DNA of 57,911 nucleotides, the filler included, from Jimgerdemannia flammicorona (lineage: Eukaryota), in NCBI GenBank assembly GCA_003990765.1. It is 3 parts of 3 records of this genome, joined end to end, with 100 filler letters (N's around TTAATTAATTAA, not from the genome) between each part and the next. Parts side by side here need not be neighbours in the genome. Positions count along the whole stretch, not along the records: positions 38,676 to 57,911 come from RBNJ01001992.1; 2 more parts are not named here. One strand, 5' to 3'. Made by a program: the position numbers and the translations under genes. Below are positions 52,101 through 57,911 of the stretch, piece by piece; the first letter of the stretch is position 1; every line of letters begins with the position of its first letter. The notes under the pieces are model-generated. The model searched no databases. It worked only from the letters and a program-made list of their open reading frames with translations, and was not told the DNA's origin.

Positions 52101-52166
52101 GGACTCTGGGGTGTTTGACAGTTTTGCAAGTTTCTCTGCCAGCTGCTGGTCCGAGTAGGCAGCCAT
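49104..52166 (-). CDS. RTT103: CID (CTD-interacting domain) protein, Rtt103/RPRD family, multi-exon
   Basis: MAAYSDQQLAEKLAKLSNTPESIQTLSQ/WFMFH..HA...VQTW/RKLVLLYLANDVLQNSRRKG.EF..AF/IGRLLKIWEERQVY, followed by a helical segment and a long Pro-rich/charged tail. Confidence 0.88.
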
Positions 52167-52264
52167 GGCGGACATGGACACAGAACGGGGTTACATAGAA
52201 GCACAGGAAGCCGAAGGGGTGACTGTCAAACCCACCAAGAATGTTGTGACGTCACCCCTTGCAT

Positions 52265-52960
52265 TTATTCTTCGCCCGCTTTCGCCTGCTCCCACAACCC
52301 AATCGCAACCGCCTCCTTCACCCTCCACAGTCCCAGCTGTCCCGAATGCTCCACCGGCCTTTCAAGCGGCACCACACGATCGATAATCCACCCGTACATC
52401 TTCTGGCTGCACGTCTCGGTGCTCTTCCACACGTTCGTATCTGGAATCTCCGTAAGAGGGACGCAGGCGGAGAAGTGCGCGAGACCCAGTATCTTACCAC
52501 CGGTCGTGCGCAGGGTTGATTCGGGTGGGGCTTCAGGCCAGCATTGGCTTGAGCATACAACGGGTAGAATGAGAGTTAATCTTGGTGAGCAAGAGACAGA
52601 TGATGTACAGGAAAATTTAATGTACACATACAGTCTCACGACATTATACGTCCCATCCTTGAAACATCTATCGGATTTTCCCGCGTGGATCGCCACCCAT
52701 CGCCCCCTCTTTTGGTCCTGTATGGCCAACCGAAACTTTCGGTTCTCCAGCCTCTTCGAGCCGTGTATAATGGCACTGGCAAACGGTTCCTGTACTGTGA
52801 TCGCGTGTAGGGCCTCCGCCTCGTCGCCGTCGGCGGCCTGCATGTCCTGGGTGGTCATGTTACTGATTTTCTTCGCACGAGGTTTCTTGCTGTATGGTGC
52901 GGAGGTGGTAGGTGTGTCGTCTTTGGTTGACTGAGCAGTGGAACGCGTGGTGCGGGTCAT
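52265..52960 (-). CDS. ASCH-domain (PUA-like) protein, probable 84-nt intron 52548-52631
   Basis: AITVQEPFASAIIHGSKRLENR (ASCH GxKxxExR signature), WVAIHAGK, GKILGLA, WII and GQLGLW. Confidence 0.85.
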   Translation of the reverse strand: MTRTTRSTAQSTKDDTPTTSAPYSKKPRAKKISNMTTQDMQAADGDEAEALHAITVQEPFASAIIHGSKRLENRKFRLAIQDQKRGRWVAIHAGKSDRCFKDGTYNVVRLYVYIKFSCTSSVSCSPRLTLILPVVCSSQCWPEAPPESTLRTTGGKILGLAHFSACVPLTEIPDTNVWKSTETCSQKMYGWIIDRVVPLERPVEHSGQLGLWRVKEAVAIGLWEQAKAGEE

Positions 52961-53234
52961 ATTAGAAACGACGTACTGGACAAGGAGCAAACTGTCACTG
53001 GGAACTGGCGGCGATGGTGGCGTCAAATGAATTCAACCAAGTCACACTTTCTACGTCACTATTTGCGAAAACAGTTTTTTGTGTAAGGGTGTATGTATCT
53101 AAAAACAAGTATCAAACCTAAAGAGGGCGGTCGAGAGAATATTACACACTAGGGTCCAGAGTTGCTAACCGACACGAAGATAAATTTACATAGATTTCTC
53201 TAAAAATCAATAGACCCAATCTCATCTAGTCCAT

Positions 53235-55303
53235 CTAGGTATTAAAAAATCCATCTCCCCCAACCGGCTTGCCCATCCCGCCCATACCTCCCCCATACGC
53301 CACTTGCGGCAGAGGCGTCATCGCTCCCAAATGCTGCTGCACGGGCGGCCTAACACCGTACGTTGGACCACCCGGCATTCTGCCACCATAACTCGGCCGT
53401 ACGAGCGGCCGCTGCGGAAACGGTGCGCCAGGACTCGACCCGGGCGACGCGCTGCCATTGGTGGACGCGTAGTATCCGCCGCCGCGGCCAACAGAGGACA
53501 TTGGCGGACCCACAGGCCGGTACCCGCTCGGTGAGGCACTGTACGTACCGTTGTACGATGGGAGGGAGTTGTAGCTGGTCTGGTTGAACTGGTATTGATC
53601 GTAGCCCTGCCGAAGCAGGCGGGGAATCGGCCGCATTGTACTCGTCGGCGAGCCCATGCTCATCGGCGAGCCCATGCTCATCGGCGAGCCCATGCTCATC
53701 GGCGAGCCCATGCTCATCGGTGGACCCATCCCCATCGGCGGGCTCCGATCCATTGGCGGGCTCCGATCCATCGGCGGGCTCTGATCCATCGGCCTCGGCG
53801 GGCTCATCCTTGGCGGACTCATCCTCGGCGGGCTCATCCTCGGAGGACTTACGCGCTCTACTGGGGGGCCCATTCCCATCATATATATAGGCCTGAACTG
53901 AGGCTGCGGTGGCGCAGGCCTGTACCCGAACGGCGGCGAGCAATTGACTTCATGAAGGTTCTCATCGTCTGCCAGTGCCGTGGCTGGTGTGGTTGGTAGT
54001 GAGTCGATTGAGCATGCGAGCGACGGGCTCGATACCTCGTATGCGGTGGCCATCGTGGGAATCACCGTACTTGTCTCGACGGTGGCCCCCACGGCGCGCG
54101 CTCCACCAGCCATATTATGACCAGAGTACGCGCTCCATTTAAAATCCTGGCTCGTAGCAGTCGATAATGGACCACAATTTCCATGCTGATGTTCGCGTTC
54201 TTGCTGCTGCCGCGACCCCTCGTCCGTCGGGTGTTCATACTGGTGCTGGGTCAGTCGCACGGCCTGCTCCGGGGACTCGGAGAGCTGTTGCTGGCCGAGG
54301 AGCCCGGTGGCGGTGGCGTTACTAGTTCGGTGCTGATCATTTTGAAAGTAAATGGGTTGGTAAGAGCTCGCGGACGAAATGCTATGGGAGGCGGTCGTGG
54401 CGGGGAGGGGTAGCGTGGAGTTGTTGGCGGGGAGGGCAGAGGAGGCAAAGCGCGGAGAGGGAGGTTTGAAAAGGTCGGGTTGGTTTCGGATGAGAGGGTG
54501 GGAAATGACCATTTGAGCGTCATTGTCAACCTGCAGAAGAGTAGTTGGGAGTTAGTTATTGGATTTGGTAATTTGAGGATGGGACACAGACTTGCTGGGT
54601 AAACCGTAAAACAAAAAAAAAAGACCAGAAACTAAAACCGAACAACAAAAATTGAATATATAAAAAGTAATATGGTGCATTGGAAATATAAAGGTGGAAA
54701 GACCAGAAATTTTCCGCAGACTCGGCGCTTTGCGCTGCAAGATCATATCGTCACATGTAATCCTACCTGAGCGTCAATTTTACTATTCCTATTCCTCTTG
54801 ATAAAGAAAAGCGTGGTCAACCCAATAACCACGATGCCACCAACGGCCCCGCCCACGATCACGCCAACTGGCGGCTCCGCCTCTGGCACCGCCGACGGCT
54901 GAGGGGTCGGTGACGGGACAAAATCCACGGTGGTGACCGTGTTCACAGCGGTGGCCATGTTCGATGGCGCCGGCGAGGTGGGCATGGTGCTAACAACAGT
55001 GTGCTCGGCGCTTGCGGGCGAGGGGCCAGACGAGGGGCCGGACAATCGTGTCGCTCGCGAGGAAGAGGAAACATTGGTTTTATTTCGGCCTGTCGAAGCT
55101 TTAGTAGATGCGAGCCGCCTAGGGTGTTGGCTAGAGTGGACGGGGGCGCCGGCGACGGTAGTCGAGGAATCATGGTGGATTGATGGGTATTTGGTGACGG
55201 AGGAGGGAAGGGTTCCGGCGGCGGTGGTAGTGTTGGGGAAGAGGGCGAAGAGGCAAAGAAGAACAAGGATGGCGGGTGCCGATGATGATGGGTTGAAGAT
55301 CAT
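53235..55303 (-). CDS. Single-pass type I membrane protein (signal peptide, Ser/Thr-rich ectodomain, Mid2/Wsc-like TM, long Ser-Pro-repeat tail), 2 exons
   Basis: Exon 55303-54767 (hydrophobic N-terminus; GVIVGGAVGGIVVIGLTTLFFI-KRNR) splices in phase 0 to exon 54530-53235. Confidence 0.75.
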
Positions 55304-56084
55304 TATCTGTTCTCGGACTCGAGGATGCGGCCGAGGAGTTGTAGGCTTTCTCTGCGGTCAGGCAACAAGCACAAGCATTTGGTGGAATGCTCACAATTGA
55401 TTTCCATGACCAGACCACAGTGCCGGGCCAAGCTCCAAACTTAAGACGCCCGAATCTGACTCTGCGACATTCCCGTGGGACCCAATTTAGATACGTGTGG
55501 GAGGCACAAAATTACTGTGGGACCAAAGACTTTGGATTTCTCGTTGCTGCTATACTTTATACAGCTTTTTAATTATTTAATTATTTTCGATGCTTCTCAC
55601 GCTCGGCCTCTTGAAATCCTTTAGCCCTTCCGAGCGGTGCTAGGGTCATTTGTTTACTCCGATCAGCTGGCACCACTTATTGTCTGATCCGGGCGCTATA
55701 TCGTGGTGGATCTTCCTCAAGACTCGTTCTTTGAATGGAGTGAGAAGGTATATATATATGTATATATATAACAAGGATCCTGCGCTTAAAGGAGGGTGAA
55801 GTTTGTCTCAAGAAGGAGAAGTGGCTCTCGATCGTCATAAAAACCGTCACGCGCTCTATCGAGCTTGGCCGACTAATGTTCCGACCTGCGTTAAGGTTAT
55901 ACCTGGTACTTCTGTAACTTCTACGACTGAATGAATCACGTGCTATGCCTAGTGCTCCTAACAAATCGTTGAATTGAACCAGAACACTTTACAACTAAAG
56001 GAATAACCATTTATTATCTCAAAGGTACTGTTCTTTTGGTAGAATGATAAGATTTAACGGCTATTAGCCTTGTCAACAAAACAT

Positions 56085-56280
56085 AGGTTGAATCATTTCC
56101 AGGTTAGATCGTTGAATTGTCGTCAGTCGTTGCCAGGTTGAATCATTACCAGATTGGATCATTGGATCGTCGCCAGGTTGGCTCATATATCAATTCAACC
56201 TGGCAACGACGATCCAAAGATTCAATCTGGCAATGGTGACGACAATAATTCAACGATCCACCCTGGTGACGATCCAAAGG
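56085..56280. repeat. Imperfect fold-back palindrome built from CCAGGTTGAATC / TTGGATCGTCG units
   Basis: 56099-56179 pairs with 56196-56266 around a ~15-nt loop. Confidence 0.7.
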
Positions 56281-56742
56281 GTGACCGTGGTGACACTGAG
56301 TTCTTTTGATGCCAGGCAGTACTCTTCATTGTGAGCGTGAGAGTTGGGGACCCCAAATATTTTCACTTCTGATTGGCTGTTATTTGTCGAAAAACAAGTG
56401 TCGATTATTTTCAGTTGGTCGTGGCACTGTGCTGAAGTTACAGCACCGGTCTATTATAGTGGTAAGCCTGATAGCAAGATCGAAGAGGCCGGTGGCCGAT
56501 GTATGGTCGGAGAAACCTTTATAAACAAACACCGAAGTCGATATACGGCCACACAGAGTCAGGTCTCGGTTTATACAGCCCCAACACCCTTTCAAGCTTT
56601 TTTGGAGTGCGTAGAGCACTATAATTAATATGAGATGAAATTAAAAAGGTACCAATCCAGGTAGGCCATAAGGTTACTTTTTATGTTTATTGGTATTTTG
56701 TGGTCAGCTGACCTCGAAGGCAAGCCACCCCTTTGCACTGCA

Positions 56743-57846
56743 ATGCACTACTGCACTGGGCTCATGTTCCGTGCAGCCGAAAGAGTCCGTGTTCCCGCAC
56801 CTTCGATACCCAGCCATTATTTGAGGCAGGCGCTTGCATGGAGACCAGTCAGTTTCGACACATTTCTTGCGAGGTTACCCGCGAGGCGATGGGAGACCAC
56901 TTCAACCAATGTAAGCATTGCCAGAAGCTTTTTACCATACGATGCGGGTTAGTGATGCTAGTGACTTAATTCAAGTCGTGCCTTTCATGTTAAATGTCGC
57001 CCGTAATTCTGTAGAAATTGAAGGAGATCGATCTATCCAGCTTTCCATTAGAGAACATTCGGAATTTCAGCATAATCGCACACATAGGTATAAATGGCCC
57101 AACTTGTTATGCAAACATTAACATAATTAAATCGAGAATTAACCAGTTCCTATATTATTCAATATTTTGACTACTTGGCCTCACTCAGATCATGGCAAAA
57201 GCACTCTTGCCGATAGGTGTGAAACTCCATTTCAACTTTGGAAGTTATGAAAACCACCTGTTCAAACCAAAACCTAAATTCATATGTCGCAACCCATCCA
57301 CCCATTAATAAAAAAAATAAAAATAAAAATAAAATGCCCAGGTTACTAGAGCACACCGGAACTATCAGACAACGCACGACCAACAAGCAGGTGCTTGATA
57401 AACTGAGAGTGGAGCGGGAGCGGGGCATTACGGTCAAAGCGCAGGTTGGTGTGGATATATTTTTTAGCTCCTTTCACTATTTTGGAACACTCATAATTCT
57501 GACACCCCGGCCGTCTTTACTTCTGTTATCACGAATTTTACCCGACTCATAGACTGTCTCTATGTTTTACAAACAAAATGGGAAAGACTATCTCTTGAAC
57601 TTGATCGACACCCCGGTATGTACCTTATTCCGTCACCTCCAATTGATGATAAACACATCTATATCAACATCGCGGTCTCACATATAGGGCCACGTGGACT
57701 TCAGTTATGAAGTCTCTCGTTCGCTCGCCGCGTGCCAGGGGGCGCTCCTGCTGGTCGACGCCGGGCAGGGAATCCAAGCACAGACCGTGGCGAACTTTTT
57801 CCTTGCGTTTGGGGAGGGATTATCGGTGATACCGGTGATCAATAAG
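56743..57846 (+). CDS. GUF1: Mitochondrial translation factor GUF1 (LepA/EF-4), 5' partial, continues past the window
   Basis: Exons ~56743-56910, 57015-57087, 57189-57216, 57342-57444, 57553-57615 and 57688-57846. Motifs [73 protein letters not shown] and VINK. Arg-rich presequence; start codon uncertain (56683/56743/56764). Confidence 0.93.
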
Positions 57847-57911
57847 GTGATGTATATGCTGTAGTAGATTGTGTGTGAGAAAGAGTTTCCCCCCCTTTTT
57901 TTTTTTTTTTT

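Overview
Eukaryotic, almost certainly fungal DNA (spliceosomal GT-AG introns, a Zn2Cys6 motif). The gene style suggests an early-diverging lineage such as Mucoromycota, but this is inferred, not shown. The window is three contigs joined by artificial 100-bp linkers (N44-TTAATTAATTAA-N44 at 19240-19339 and 38576-38675). Contigs 1-2 (1-38575) are mostly nested, AT-rich, C>T/G>A-hypermutated transposons. These include hAT and Tc1 transposase relics, a 2.2-kb solo LTR carrying an ORF, an endonuclease-less Penelope-like retroelement with a large hairpin end, two L1/Tx1-type LINEs with several tail fragments, a full-length dUTPase-bearing Ty3/gypsy element and hAT MITEs. A small CpG-intact island among them encodes a C2H2 + Zn2Cys6 protein. 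Contig 3 (38676-57911) is CpG-rich and gene-dense: VPS71/SWC6, CTK1-like CTD kinase, RTT103-like CID protein, an ASCH-domain protein and a single-pass membrane protein (all minus strand), then the 5' part of GUF1 (plus strand). The most notable signals are the Penelope-like element's end architecture, a position-dependent RIP-like mutation gradient, the LTR-encoded ORF, and the CTK1-RTT103-ASCH neighbourhood. All calls are by eye, with no database searches.
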